From assembly GCA_951406725.2 (NCBI GenBank), contig OX597832.1, positions 9,548,001 through 9,612,000 on the forward strand: a stretch of DNA of 64,000 bases. Reading direction: 5' to 3'. A model generated the notes under the pieces. It did no database searches, had not been told where the DNA came from, and saw nothing but the letters and a program-made list of their open reading frames with translations. Position 1 is the first letter of the stretch; each line of letters begins with the position of its first letter. A program made the translations under genes and the position numbers. The DNA is from Octopus vulgaris (taxonomy: Eukaryota). Below, piece by piece: positions 24,539-37,170 of the stretch.

Positions 24539-24953
24539 ATTTCTTCATTGCCCACAGGGGTGTAAACATAGAGGGGACAAACAAGGACAGACAAACGGAT
24601 TAAGTCGATTACCTCGACTCCAGTGCGTAACTGGTACTTATTTAATCGACTCCAAAAGGGTGAAAGGCGAAGTCGACCTCTGTGGAATTTGAACTCAGAA
24701 CGTAGCGGCAAACGAAATACCTATTTCTTTACAACCCACAAGGGGCTAAACACAGATAGGAAAAACAAGGACAGACAAACGGATTAAGTCGATTATATCG
24801 AGCCCAGTACGTAACTGGTACTTAATTTATCGACTCTGAAAGGATGAAAGGCAAAGTCGACCCCGGCGGAATTTGAACTCAGAACGTAGCAGCAGACGAA
24901 ATACGGCTACGCATTTCACCCGACGTTCTGACGCATCTGCCAGCTCGCTGCCC
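24539..24953 (-). mobile_element. SINE-C tandem dimer (full copy 24721-24953 + 5'-truncated copy 24539-24720)
   Basis: Direct repeat of about 180 bp with junction GAAATAC|CTATTTCTTT on the plus strand. Confidence 0.85.
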
Positions 24954-26893
24954 TAATACGGTACGCACATAGAAATTATTTCTGAGGTATATAAAAGAAA
25001 CAATGCGCGCGTGCATGTGTGTGTGTGTGTATATGTGTGTAGAGTGAGAGAGAAAGAAGAAGAGGAAAAATGAGGACTACATGCCTAGGAATTAGGAAAG
25101 AAACTGTTGCAGTAAATGACATAAAGATGAGAAAATCAAATAATAGATATTAAAAAATGGCATTTATATATTCATGTAAAAGAAGAGTAATAAATTGACA
25201 ATTATTTTCTATATTACACTTTATTACTTTTATTCGTCTTTAACTCACATATTTCGCCTTTTCTTCTAAAATGTAACAATTATTTCAATTTGTTCAATGT
25301 ATTTTTGGAATTTTTTTCTCACATTTTACAACGCTTAAAATTACGATGAAGTGGAAAACGATAAAAGAAACTTATTTAATAAAGATGACACACGTGTAAA
25401 TATCGACACAATACAGATTTGCCTCTTCATATGTGTATGTATATATTCATGTGTGTGTTTGTGTATATATGTGTACTTGTGTGTGCAATAAAATAGTAAT
25501 TAATATGTGTGTATAACTGCTTATGCGTTCACATGTGTGCTTGTGTGTGCAACATCAGCACTCTAATTGTATGTGATGCAGACGTTAACATTTTGAATGA
25601 TTTCATTACTAGCTTTAAACTCGTATAAGAAAACTCATTAAACGTTCGTGGTAGTTTTTGATTGGCTAAACTACTATCAATTATTAATCAAAGTAAATGA
25701 GTTTTGTACTTTGTTAAAATATTATTTAATTTTTCTTCCCATTATGTATTAATTTTATTATATCTCGCTAATATATTTTAGTCATATTAATTTTGGACAT
25801 CATTCTCTCGAAAATTCTTCCCGCGACAAAATTATAAATTAATTTTGTAGACAATATATTATATATCATTTTTAATTTTTCATTATATACATCGTGTATT
25901 TTATTTGAGCGCTTTGCGTGATTTCTTTCATTCAGGAACTCTTAGAGTATTATATGAATAATATTAAAGTATACTGCTTCCAGTTAGCAATACTACTTTT
26001 AATTCAATCAGCATGTCGTTTCAATCAACAGAATTTGACACCACTTTGCTCTCAAAGAATCAATACATTGAATCGCTTTATCATTCGTACCGTTTCTTTC
26101 TGTTTCTGGCGATAATTAAAATTGTTAATTGTAATAGTAATATAATCATTATTCAATGAGCCTAGATTAATAATAGCTAATTCAGCAACCTCGACATGGA
26201 CGTTTGAACTGCTAGTTATAACAGTCGAATCAATTGAATACCCTTCAATGTAATTCATTTCAGTCTTATGAATGCTAAGTAAAATAGATAATATAGCAAT
26301 AACATAATCAACAAGAATAGTGTTACATTTATATGAATAGGTAAACAGACATTGAGCGAATATCGATTCTCCCCATTGATTATTTATCTTTACCGCAATG
26401 TTAGAGAACATGACAAATACCAGACCGCCACCAAAATGATTTTCCTATAATTTTCTTCCCTAATTCGCACCCTACTCTACATCTAGGAGAAAGTATAATA
26501 AGTATTGCATTTATATTAACCATACGAAATGTTAATAGAAATGTCAATGCGAAAGCATAATTGAATGGCCTTACAGGTTGCCTCTATGTTTAATCACAAG
26601 ATTACTGCACTAAAAAGCATATGGCTATTTGAATGATACTCCTCCTGAAGAAAGAGTAAAATAATAGTCTAAAATTCTGGCAAAAAGTCAACAATTTTGA
26701 GAGAAACAAGTCGGTATATTTTACCGACAAATATAGGATAAAAATCAAAGGCGGCATTGGCAGAATTTGAACACTGAACGTTAACAAAGAGAAAATGTCG
26801 CCAAGCTATTTGTCCGCCACAATAACGTTTCTGCTATATTGCCGAAAAATATTGGAAACATGTTCTGTTATAACCACGTTAATACTAATGCAA

Positions 26894-27399
26894 GGAGGCG
26901 CAATGGCCCAGTGGTTAGGGCAGCGGAGTCGCGGTCGTAAGATCGCTGTTTCGATTCCCAGACCGGGCGTTGTGAGTGTTTATTGAGCGAGAACACCTAA
27001 AGCTCCACGATGCTTCGGCAGTGGGTGGTGGTGAACCCTGCTGTACTCTTCACCACAACTTTCTCTCACTCTTTCTTCCTGTTTCTGTTGTACCTGTATT
27101 TCAAAGGACCAGCCTTGTCGCACTCTGTGTAGCGCTGAATCTCCTCGAGAACTACATTAAGGGTACACGTGTCTGTGGAGTGCTCAGCCACTTGCACGTT
27201 AATAAATGAGCTGCGACGTCAATGGTGCCAAGCTGTATAGGCTGTTGCCTTTCTCTTGGATAACATCGTTGGCGTGGAGAGGGGAGGTTGGTATGCGTGG
27301 GCGACTGCTGATCTTCCATAAAACAACCTTGCCCAGACTTTTACCTCGGAGGGTAACTTTCTAAGTGGAATTCCATGATCATTTATGACCGAAGGAGGT
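26894..27399 (+). mobile_element. Chimeric SINE-B (head + M1 + truncated T1 + tail T2)
   Basis: Matches SINE-B to about 27202, then switches to sequence homologous to 53610-53810. A perfect TSD TACTAATGCAA at 26883-26893 and 27400-27410 brackets the whole unit. Confidence 0.85.
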
Positions 27400-28184
27400 T
27401 ACTAATGCAAGCACATAAAAGATTAGGCTTAGCTTAGGACTTATAATAACACAGAAACACGCACCCCCTTTTCCACTCATAATCACGAAACAATCACACT
27501 AATTATTCATATTATTGTTGTTTTCTTCATATAATTTTTTTTTTAAAATTGTGTTTACTGTCTTCACTGTAGTGAGTGAATGTTCGGAAAATAGGGATTA
27601 TTATATTTTGCTAAATAATAATTATTAGATTTTATATATGTAACATTAATATTAAATAAACTCAGTGATGTATTTTTTTCATTCCTTGAAGAGATATGAT
27701 TAGAAATATGAAAACACTTTTAAATATAACTCACGAACTTGGCATGTCTCCGATACAAACTGTTCTACAAACGAATGGGTTGTCCAACATTTTAACCTAT
27801 ATACTGTACACAGCCTGCAAATTATACCAGATAAATAACTCTCAGATCCCGTTTATTTAAATAAACCCCGTCGGTATGAATAGCACTCTGAGACATTTCA
27901 CACTTTGGCAGAGTATGATGTAACTCTATATCTTTTTATGAGCTCAAGGTAAAATGAATTACTTAATACGCAAATATTACTTTGTTCTATTTCTTCTTGT
28001 GTATTGAGTTATATTGTGAGATATTTCTGCTAGGAGTTTCTCGCTGTAATCGATCTAGGGGGTATAATTTTTGTATAAATAAATCATTTTCTATTACATG
28101 CATATTATTATTAGATTTGAACTCTCTCGTCGTTCAATTTCGAATTCTCCATTTCACTATATACATAGAGTCGTTGAAAGCTCG

Positions 28185-30196
28185 AAATAGGGCGTCGACA
28201 ACTGAGGAGGGGTTAGAATTTGGGATATTTTGCGGAGGATAAAAGTGGTAACAAGAACAGGACAGTGAGAACAAGACAGTAAAACAAACGGTGAGGGCTG
28301 TTAAACCAAGAAGATAGAAAAAATTCCCTATTATTCTCTCGACTCCACTTCGAATGCACCTTCCTTGAAATTGAAAACGCACTCAAACATTCCCATGAAA
28401 AGGAAAGGGCAGAAAAGGAAGCCAGGGCTATCAAAAATATTAAAGCGGAACTTAAGGCTTGTTATAGATATGCGAAAGAATCTACTTCAGTGAGTTACAA
28501 AATAGGACGCTACTAGATGAAAACAGCTCACTAACTGCGGACCCCTGAAGATCAGGGAATTACTGAATGCACAATATAAGAGTTCTTTCAGCATATCGCT
28601 GGGGAAGTTACGAATGACTGTGCCGGGTAGGTATTTTGACCCCGAACGCGCGCATTGTGAAATGGCAAGTATTGATAACATCAACATAGTGAAATTGGTG
28701 TGGTATCAGCCATTGAAGAGCTGAGCTCGAACTTGGCAACGGGCCCTGATGGATTCCCTGCAATCCTTCTCAAGAAATGTAAAAGATCTCTTGCTAGGCC
28801 GCTTGAAATCCTTTTACAGGAGTCCCTCAGGATTGAGAAACTCCCCAAAAAACTAACAGGGAATAATATGCCCTATTCATAAGGGAGGAATCAGGGCAGA
28901 GGCTAGACATTATAGACCTGTCTCCCTGACCTCCCACGTCAGTAAAGTCATGGAGCGCATTGTCAAGAAATGATTGATTGAGTTGCTTGAGGACAATGAC
29001 CTGCTCTCTGACAACCAGCATGGCTTTCGCCCTGGAGGGAACTGTTTCACACAGGTTCTGCGACACGATGACTTGGTACAGAAGCAATTAATAAACTGCT
29101 CAAAGGTGGATATGGTATACCTTGACTTTGCGAAGGCATTTGACAAGGTCGACCATGGAATGTTATGTCACAAAATACGGGGACTCGGCATCACCGGTAA
29201 AGTCGGAGAGTGGTTCCGTGATTTCCTAAAGGACAGGAGCTAAACTGTAGCAGACAATGAAGCTCTCTCCACAGAGACACCAATAGTGAGTGGAGTGCCC
29301 CAGAGCACTGTGCTGCGACCACTGCTTTTCATGGTAGCCCTATCGGATATGCCATGAGTGACACAGGCAGCCATGCTTACCAGCTATGCCGACGACATAA
29401 AAATCGCACTGTCAGTCAAGGGAATCTGATACTACGCTATTGCAGAAAGATCTAGATTCCATCTATACATGGGCTGAAGATAACAACATGTAATTTAATG
29501 CAAGTAAATCCCAGTTAAGTACTGCTCAGGAATAACGACATCAGTACGTTGGACCAAGGGGAGCAACGATCCCAGAATCAAATACGGTGCGTGATCTTGG
29601 AATAGAAGGAGCAACAATTCCTCATTTCACATACATATCAATAAAATGGCAGCAGTATCCAGAAGACTGGCCGGTTGAATTCTGAGAACCTTGCGGACTA
29701 GGGACCGAGAAGCTATGATGACAATATAGAAGTAATTTATCCTGGTGGGAGAGGAATGCAGTGATATATATATATATATATGGAAGATACTGGAAGGCCT
29801 GGTACCAAACTTTGGAATAAAGAGTTATACAAGACCACGAACAGGTCGTCTCTGTGCTGTCCCCACTGTGCCGACTGCTTCATCTCGGGCAAGGACGATG
29901 TACTGCAATAGCGTGGGTTTCAAGGGCCCACAGCTGTTTAACTGTCTGCCAAAACATTTCCGCACCCTCCTTGGAGAGGTTGTAGACGTTTTCAAACGAG
30001 AACTTGACATGTGGCATACCGAGATCCCGGATGAGCCAATGTTTAGGCAAGAAACTCAAAAGAAGGCGGTAATATCGAACTCCGCCCTTCACTAAAATCC
30101 GCTCAGACAAAGAGGAGAGTGGAAAGATGATCACAATGACGTGGCTCCACCATGGCCACAGTCATTGGACTGAAACATATAAAAGAATAAAAGAAT
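28185..30196 (+). mobile_element. CR1-like LINE, 5'-truncated, decayed ORF2 (reverse transcriptase)
   Basis: Motifs GPDGFPAILLKKC, YRPVSLTSHVSKVMERIV, NQHGFRPG, VYLDFAKAFDKVDH, SGVPQSTVL, SYADD and WKILEGLVPN. Many stops and frameshifts; (TAAAAGAA)n tail. Confidence 0.9.
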
Positions 30197-30243
30197 ATGT
30201 AGATATAAGTGTAATATACATATATATGTACATGTAACTTTCT

Positions 30244-30329
<86 letters not shown>

Positions 30330-30336
<7 letters not shown>

Positions 30337-30640
30337 TGTATGTATATGTATGAGTGTGGTTTTGTGTGTACTTACTCGTGTACTCAAACGCTCGTATATA
30401 TAAGATGAGAGTAGCATGAAAATACCTTTAGCAAGCTCATTGTCCAATCGAAATCTATAGCAGAGAATGAAAACATGCGTAAAGATTCTGAGAGTGGAGC
30501 AGAACAAGCTTCCACGATTTTAGGAAGAGATGTCTCCGATTTTCGAACGGAAAATGGAAATTATCACTTTCGTAAACTCCGACGGCTAGGCTGAATAGCA
30601 TATGTGACTTCTCTTCAAAGATGATTGTCATTAAGCTCAT
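30330..30640 (-). repeat. Small repeat between (TA)n arrays with a possible decayed hammerhead core
   Basis: Minus strand TTGAAGA-GAAGTC...GAGTTTAC-GAAAG at about 30619-30567. Very degenerate. Confidence 0.3.
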
Positions 30641-30659
30641 ATATATGTATATATATATA

Positions 30660-30718
<59 letters not shown>

Positions 30719-30910
30719 CTGTATATATATGTATGTATATATGTATATATAGATATATATAGATACATATATACACACATACAAAAATACACATACAGAC
30801 ACACAGATACAAGTGTATTCATAAACATGTATATAAATATGTGAAGACATATATGTAATTAGGTATCGGCTTATATCTATATATCTGTTTATATATACAT
30901 ATATACAAAT

Positions 30911-30957
<47 letters not shown>

Positions 30958-30982
30958 CATACATATATATACATATATAAAT

Positions 30983-31015
<33 letters not shown>

Positions 31016-32134
31016 AATATATATACATACATAGATACATACATATATATATATATGTGTGTGTGTGTGTGCATGTATAAATTCGCAAAGACAATAAAAC
31101 GCATCCACTTACATTCAGAAATATCCCGAACAATATTAGCAAACAACAAAACTCTCATGAAGATAGTTTCCTTGAAATAACGCAGTAACTGTTCTTAATA
31201 TCTTTATCTTATAATAAATCTTAAGAAATTTAAGCATTAAAACATGTCAAATTTATAGATTGAACTTCGCCCCTAATCTGAAATATTTTAACTCAGTGAA
31301 ATTAAACTCGATAAATATTGCGGCATGAAAATGGTAATGATGTGATCACATAGATGTGCTAACTGACCAATTATATTTCTTCTCTGGTGCCAGGAAGTCT
31401 TAAACTGAAGCAAAATAATGTTATAGATTTATATTCTTCAACTACAGCAGAGATCATTTTGAAAGATATCTTATAATGTACAGTTGATTAGGTCATTGTT
31501 TTATCCAATGAATCCGCTTCAGCAGGACCCCTATGGCATTATGATTCATACATATCTTTTATTGCTATTTATACGAATCGCAGTCATGTGCATATCTTAT
31601 ATTTGTTTTCTCTTCGTTTGAAAATATTTTCTCGTATGGAAATATTTTGATGCAACAAAAAAAAAAAAAAGAATATTTTCATTAAAAGCTTGGGATAACA
31701 GTAAACACAATAATTGTTATAAATGAAACATATGTACCCAAATAGGGCAGAAGGAATACTGTTGCCAAATTTTTCTGGTATATTTGAATACTATAATCTG
31801 CACGATTTTACAATTATGGTTTAGTATATCAATGCAATTATGTTGGTGAGCAAGAAGATTCGTTATCACGCCTTTCAAAATATTTAGCGGCATTTCGTCG
31901 TCTTTAGTTTCTCTGTTCAAATTCCACTGAGGTTGACTTTGCGTGGTCGATGAAATTGAAGGCGCAGGTGGACGTAATAGTCTAGCCCTCCTTTTCCCCG
32001 TAATTATTGGTCTCATGTCTTAGTGTGTGGGATAAATTGCCCGAGATTGGTCGGTTATATGTGTGTTAAAATCATAGATATGTTAAGCTGATATGTCTTT
32101 CTACTGTGAAATAGTGCTGCAGCAGCAGCGTGTT

Positions 32135-32611
32135 GGCGCAATGGCCCACTGGTTAGGGCAGCAGACTCGCGGTTGTAAGACCGCGGTTTCGATTCGCAGA
32201 CCGGGCATTGTGAGCGTTTATTGAGCAAAAGAACCTAAGCTTCACGAGGCTCAGGCGGGGAGCGGGGTTCCGCTGTACTCTTTCACCACAACTTTCTCTC
32301 ACTCTTTCTTCCTACTTCTAACACAAAGCAGAGGAACCATGGTGTAACCCACTATGGTGTGGTAAACTTTCAGTCCGTAGTCTAGACTTCGAATCTAATG
32401 TACCCCAGGATGGTTCAGCTCTCCACCAGTTAAAAGCCACTCTTTACGGAATGAGGATAACAACGTAACTTTCGCGCCCGTGCAACCGCCAGTCTATCCG
32501 TGTTGTGGGTGGATCTTCAAGTTGCCACACGCTTTCTTAGTAGCTTAGAAGAGGCTCGAAATAGAGATTATTCTTTGTGGCTAATGGCGTCAGTCCTGAT
32601 TGGAGGAAGAA
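32135..32611 (+). mobile_element. SINE-B head + M1 followed by an unrelated ~290-bp segment (possible tail T4)
   Basis: SINE-B similarity ends about 32316. GCAGCAGCAG flanks both sides (32119-32128 and 32612-32621) and the unit ends GAGGAAGAA. Confidence 0.6.
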
Positions 32612-32823
32612 GCAGCAGCAGTCTCGTTGTTGTAGTGTAACTACGCGCGTGCACGCACACATATTCATACACCCACGCATGCATACACACATATGTAGAG
32701 CTATAAAAAGGAAATTGCTATTCGATTCTTTGTTGTATATCAAAGATTTAACCAAAAACCCGGCGAAATGATACGAATTTAGGAACAAATGCCATTTCCA
32801 GTATATGTTACCTAGTAATTAGT

Positions 32824-33202
32824 GGAGGCGCAATGGCCCAGTGGTTAGGGCAGCGGACTCCGTAGGATCGCGGTTTCGATTCCCAGACCGGGCGTTGTGA
32901 GTGTTTATTGAGCGAAAACACCTAAAGCTCCACGAGGCTCCGGCAGGGGATGGTGGTGATCCCTGCTGTACTCTTTCACCACAACTTTCTCTCACTCTTA
33001 CTTCCTGTTTCTGTTGTACCTGTATTTCAAAGGGCCGGCCTTGTCACTCTCTGTGTCACGCTGAATATCCCCGAGAACTACGTTAAGGGTACACGTGTCT
33101 GTGGAGTGCTCATCCACTTACACGTTAATTTCATGAGCAGGCTGTTCCGTTGATCGGATCAACCGGAACCCTCGTCGTCGTAACCGACGGAGTGCTTCCA
33201 AA
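32824..33202 (+). mobile_element. SINE-B, full length (M1 + T1)
   Basis: Near-identical to 14927-15309. ACCTAGTAAT occurs on both flanks. Confidence 0.9.
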
Positions 33203-33964
33203 ACCTAGTAATGAACGCGATACTTATGACAACGAGAACTTTCTAATTAACAAAATGAAAAAATCAGTTACCCATCGGGAAAGTGTATTTGTGTCTCTTA
33301 GATTAATTATTGCCTCTGCTTCATTTTACAGATATTTATCGTATTTTGACAGTTTAACACAGATTCAGAGATGTAATGTACGAAGTCTGTTGTAACATTA
33401 AGTTAAGATCCTCCTACTAACTGTACCGTCGTTATCTTCTATCATACTAAGATTCTATTTATTGATTAGAGAAAATGCCAAAGGTTACTTTTCGTGCGCA
33501 TGTAGCGCATATCTAAATTGAGATATTAATTTGTTTTCTTGTTTTCTAGTACTCCAAAAGAAAGTTGATATAAAGTGCACAGAGAGTGACTATTGTCTGC
33601 ATATCCGTGTTCAGCACAAAACGTCAGAGTTATGTGAAGTGATATACAAACAAATATGTAAGGGAAAATTTATGAAATATTGATCGTATGAAAGTCAATA
33701 TATCTTATAAACGAAAATCTTATTTGTTCAAACACGTAAGTCAAAAAATTTGAAAAGTAACGCAGAAAGGAAAGCAGGGGATGAAATGTGGATGCAACCA
33801 TGTGTTGTCCATATTCCAAATTATTTTCTGTCGAATATGTTTTGAGAAAAGCTCATACGTCACCACATACTTTGAGAAGACGAAATTATTTGGGTCTACG
33901 AAAGATGCAGTACTATAATTCCGATATTAAATACTTCCTCATATATATATATATATATATATAT

Positions 33965-34128
33965 ATTTCCCTCTGTCCTCCCACCTCGGGATCTTTCTTT
34001 CTGCTATGTTTCCGACGAAGAGCTCCGCTCAAAACGTCATCCTTCTTCCCTTCTTTCTTGAGCGCCCAATGATATTTTATTGTTCCACATCCTCGCGTTG
34101 TTGTCTTTTTGTTTTCTTGTTTGGATTA

Positions 34129-34132
<4 letters not shown>
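33965..34132 (+). mobile_element. Small (TA)n-flanked element with a decayed hammerhead motif
   Basis: CCGACGA-A-GAGC-TCC-GCTC-AAAAC-GTC at 34012-34038. Same layout as 13735-13920. Confidence 0.55.
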
Positions 34133-34194
<62 letters not shown>

Positions 34195-34197
<3 letters not shown>

Positions 34198-34375
34198 AAA
34201 TTTAATGAAAATTTACAAACAAACGAGTGAGTAAACAACAAACAGATGTATTAGTTTAACGCTAGGGAATCGAGAAAGTATTTTACGTCTCGAGCCTAAG
34301 TTTTTTCGATAGAAAGGAGCACAGAAACAAACAGGGAGAGATAATAGAAAATGTTTAGTGGCTAGCGATATATCA
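34195..34375 (-). mobile_element. Diverged copy of the 13735-13920 element
   Basis: Minus strand TTTCTATCGAA...TAGGCTCGAGACGTAAAA...ACTAATACA aligns with TTTCTGTTGAAGAGCGTAGGCTCGAAACGTAAAA...ACTAATACA. Confidence 0.65.
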
Positions 34376-34978
34376 CACTGTGTGTGTGTGTATACATATA
34401 TATGCATCAGTAAAAAGACTGCCTTCCGGGCGGTCTTCTGTTGCTTACGTGATAATATTTTCACATTTGATTCTCAATACTAATAATTTTTATGGTATTG
34501 TCTGCCGTCGTGCCATTCCTGCTGAATGTTTTTTCGCAGTCGCATATATTGTCATTCTTTTGGTTGAACCCACAGAAATACCAAAATGAAATGCTGAATT
34601 TCTTCGTTAATTTACGTAAAAATATTTTATATATTTACTTTTGTTTTAAAGTGAAAGAGAGAAGAAAGAGAGTGAAAGTTGTCTGTACGTGTATATGAAA
34701 TGGACGTGTGTGTCGGAGTGAGAAGGGGAGAGAGAGGGAGAGAGAGATAGAAAGAAAGAAAAGAGAAATTGAGAGACATAGTGAAGTGGTGTGATGCCAT
34801 GTATACATACATAAATATGCACACATCTTTTGTATGTATGTGTGCGAGTGTGAGTGAGGGAGAGAGAGAGAGAAAGAGAGAGTGGGTATGGTTTAGACAT
34901 CACTCTCTCTCTGTCTCAGACAAAACGCCCACATATAAACAAAAGATGTATGCATATATATTTATAAATGTGCATATA

Positions 34979-35380
34979 GGCGCAGGAGTGGCTGTGTGGT
35001 AAGTAGCTTGCTAACCAACCACATGGTTCTGGGTTCAGTCCCACTGCGTGGCATCTTGGGCAAGTGTCTTCTGCTATAGCCCCGGGCCGACCAATGCCTT
35101 GTGAGTGGATTTGGAAGACGGAAACTGAAAGAAGCCTGTCGTATATATGTATGTATATATATGTATGTGTGTGTGTGTCTGTGTTTGTCCCTCTAGCATT
35201 GCTTGACAACCGATGCTGGTGTGTTTACGTCCCCGTCACTTAGCGTTTCGGCAAAAGAGACCGATAGAATAAGTACTGGGCTTACAAAGAATAAGTCCCG
35301 GGGTCGATTTGCTCTACTAAAGGCGGTACTCCAGCATGGCCGCAGTCAAATGACTGAAACAAATAAAATAGTAAAGAGAG
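34979..35380 (+). mobile_element. SINE-A, full length
   Basis: Near-identical to 12947-13354. Confidence 0.9.
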
Positions 35381-35745
35381 TATACATGACAACACACCCA
35401 TACACTTACTCTCCTTCGTTCTCTCTTGCTCTCATAAACAGACACAAACACACACGCATACATAAATGTATACAAAGGTATGCGCGCGTGACTAACTAGA
35501 AATAGATAGAGCTGACACGCTTCTGAAAAAGCAAATAAACATAAAACTGTCACGGAAATTAATGATGTGTGCAGGTCCAAGCGAAAGGATGACCATATCT
35601 TTTGGACGCCCCATGTTGAATTGCAAAATTCTAATGTGATATTTCTTTAATTACGGAATCAAACCGGAAGTGTGTGTGTGTGCTTATATTACAGTTACAG
35701 TGTGTGTGTTTATATTAGAGAGACAGTATGTGTGTGTGTGTGTGT

Positions 35746-35777
<32 letters not shown>

Positions 35778-36069
35778 GAGAAAGAGAGAGAGCATTGCAA
35801 ATATTAAATGAGAATTGAATTGAAAAAATCGTATAAATACCGAATATTTCAATTTGTGAATTCAGTAATAAAAGGAAGTTCAGAAAGTAAATTTTCTTGA
35901 TAACTTCAATTTATAAAAATAAATTCACTTGCACAGTAAATATTTCTTTCTGTAATTTATCGTAGCTGTTTACAAAGAGGAAATGAAAACTTGAAATGAA
36001 AACATTAAAACAGAGATTGATAAACTTCGAAAATAAAAACGGAAAATTTCGCATGCAACGAATTAATAT

Positions 36070-36128
36070 TTGCTATGCCAAATGACATTTGCTACCTCAA
36101 ATGACATTTCCTACGCAAATGACATTGA
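36070..36128. repeat. ~19-bp minisatellite (CAAATGACATTTGCTACCT) x3
   Basis: AAATGACATT recurs three times at 18-19 bp spacing. Confidence 0.8.
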
Positions 36129-36273
36129 AAATATTTTTTAAAGAAGTGAATCATATATATAAAGCAATATTATTTATCTTTAGTAAAAAATAAATAAAAT
36201 AAAGATTCTATAATGTGTCCGAAGACAAATTATTCATTCATCCCAAGTATGGAGCAATTCGTTCATAAAATGC

Positions 36274-36323
<50 letters not shown>

Positions 36324-36504
36324 GTGTGTGTGTGTGTATGTGTGTGTGTGTGTTTGTGTGTGTATATGCATATATGCATGTATATATATATATGTGTATA
36401 TATGTGTATATGTATATATATGTATATACATATGTATATGTATATATGTGTATATGTATATATATGTACATACACACACACATACATATATATATATATA
36501 AGAT

Positions 36505-36534
<30 letters not shown>

Positions 36535-36535
<1 letters not shown>

Positions 36536-36990
36536 GTGGTTGTCTACTTCTTACGCAGAGTTTGATCACCTCCTGTACCTACACCTTTGCATCGTCATGG
36601 CATCTAATGTGGCTTTTTAAACCAGGCATTGTACTTAAAAGACACCCACATAGACTGTACAACCGATTTGGACCACCAAGAGCTGAAGCTAAGTTCTGAT
36701 CTTTGTGGATCTTAAAATGTGTCTTGAGGCCTCTGTTAGATTTGCAAACCTCCTGGCTTACGCAGCATTCAAAGGCGTGCACATACATATAGGCAAATAA
36801 GGTGGTGGAGGTTCGTTTTCCCTGATTTCGCAAATGTGATTTCAGCCCAGCAAGAAAAGGCATGGTCTGTCACAAACAGTGCACACAAAAAGGTCATTGT
36901 CATTCACCTTCTCAATCGTAGCATTCTTAGATCTCTTTTAAGTCTTACATGCATTATTTTGGCCTCTTCAAAAGCTTTCACTCCACTCCA
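36535..36990 (-). mobile_element. RTE (BovB-like) LINE 3' end with three C2H2-like fingers
   Basis: Minus strand GVKAFEEAKIMHVRLKR, then CTVCDR..GLKSHLR, CCVSQEVCKSNRGLKTHFKIH and [18 protein letters not shown] (frameshifted). Confidence 0.65.
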
Positions 36991-37021
36991 CACACATATA
37001 CATGTATGCGCGCACACACAT

Positions 37022-37088
<67 letters not shown>

Positions 37089-37170
37089 ATTAATAACATC
37101 AAGGTAATAAAAAAATTTAGACACTTTTACTACCTGTGGCCTCGCATTTAGTAAAATTAGTCAACAGACT

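Noticed and set aside
30455-31158. Long YI/IY/VC-rich ORFs (also at 21830, 36213, 62272 and 63516)
   Set aside because: They are translations of (TA)n/(TG)n microsatellites that lack stop codons, not genes.
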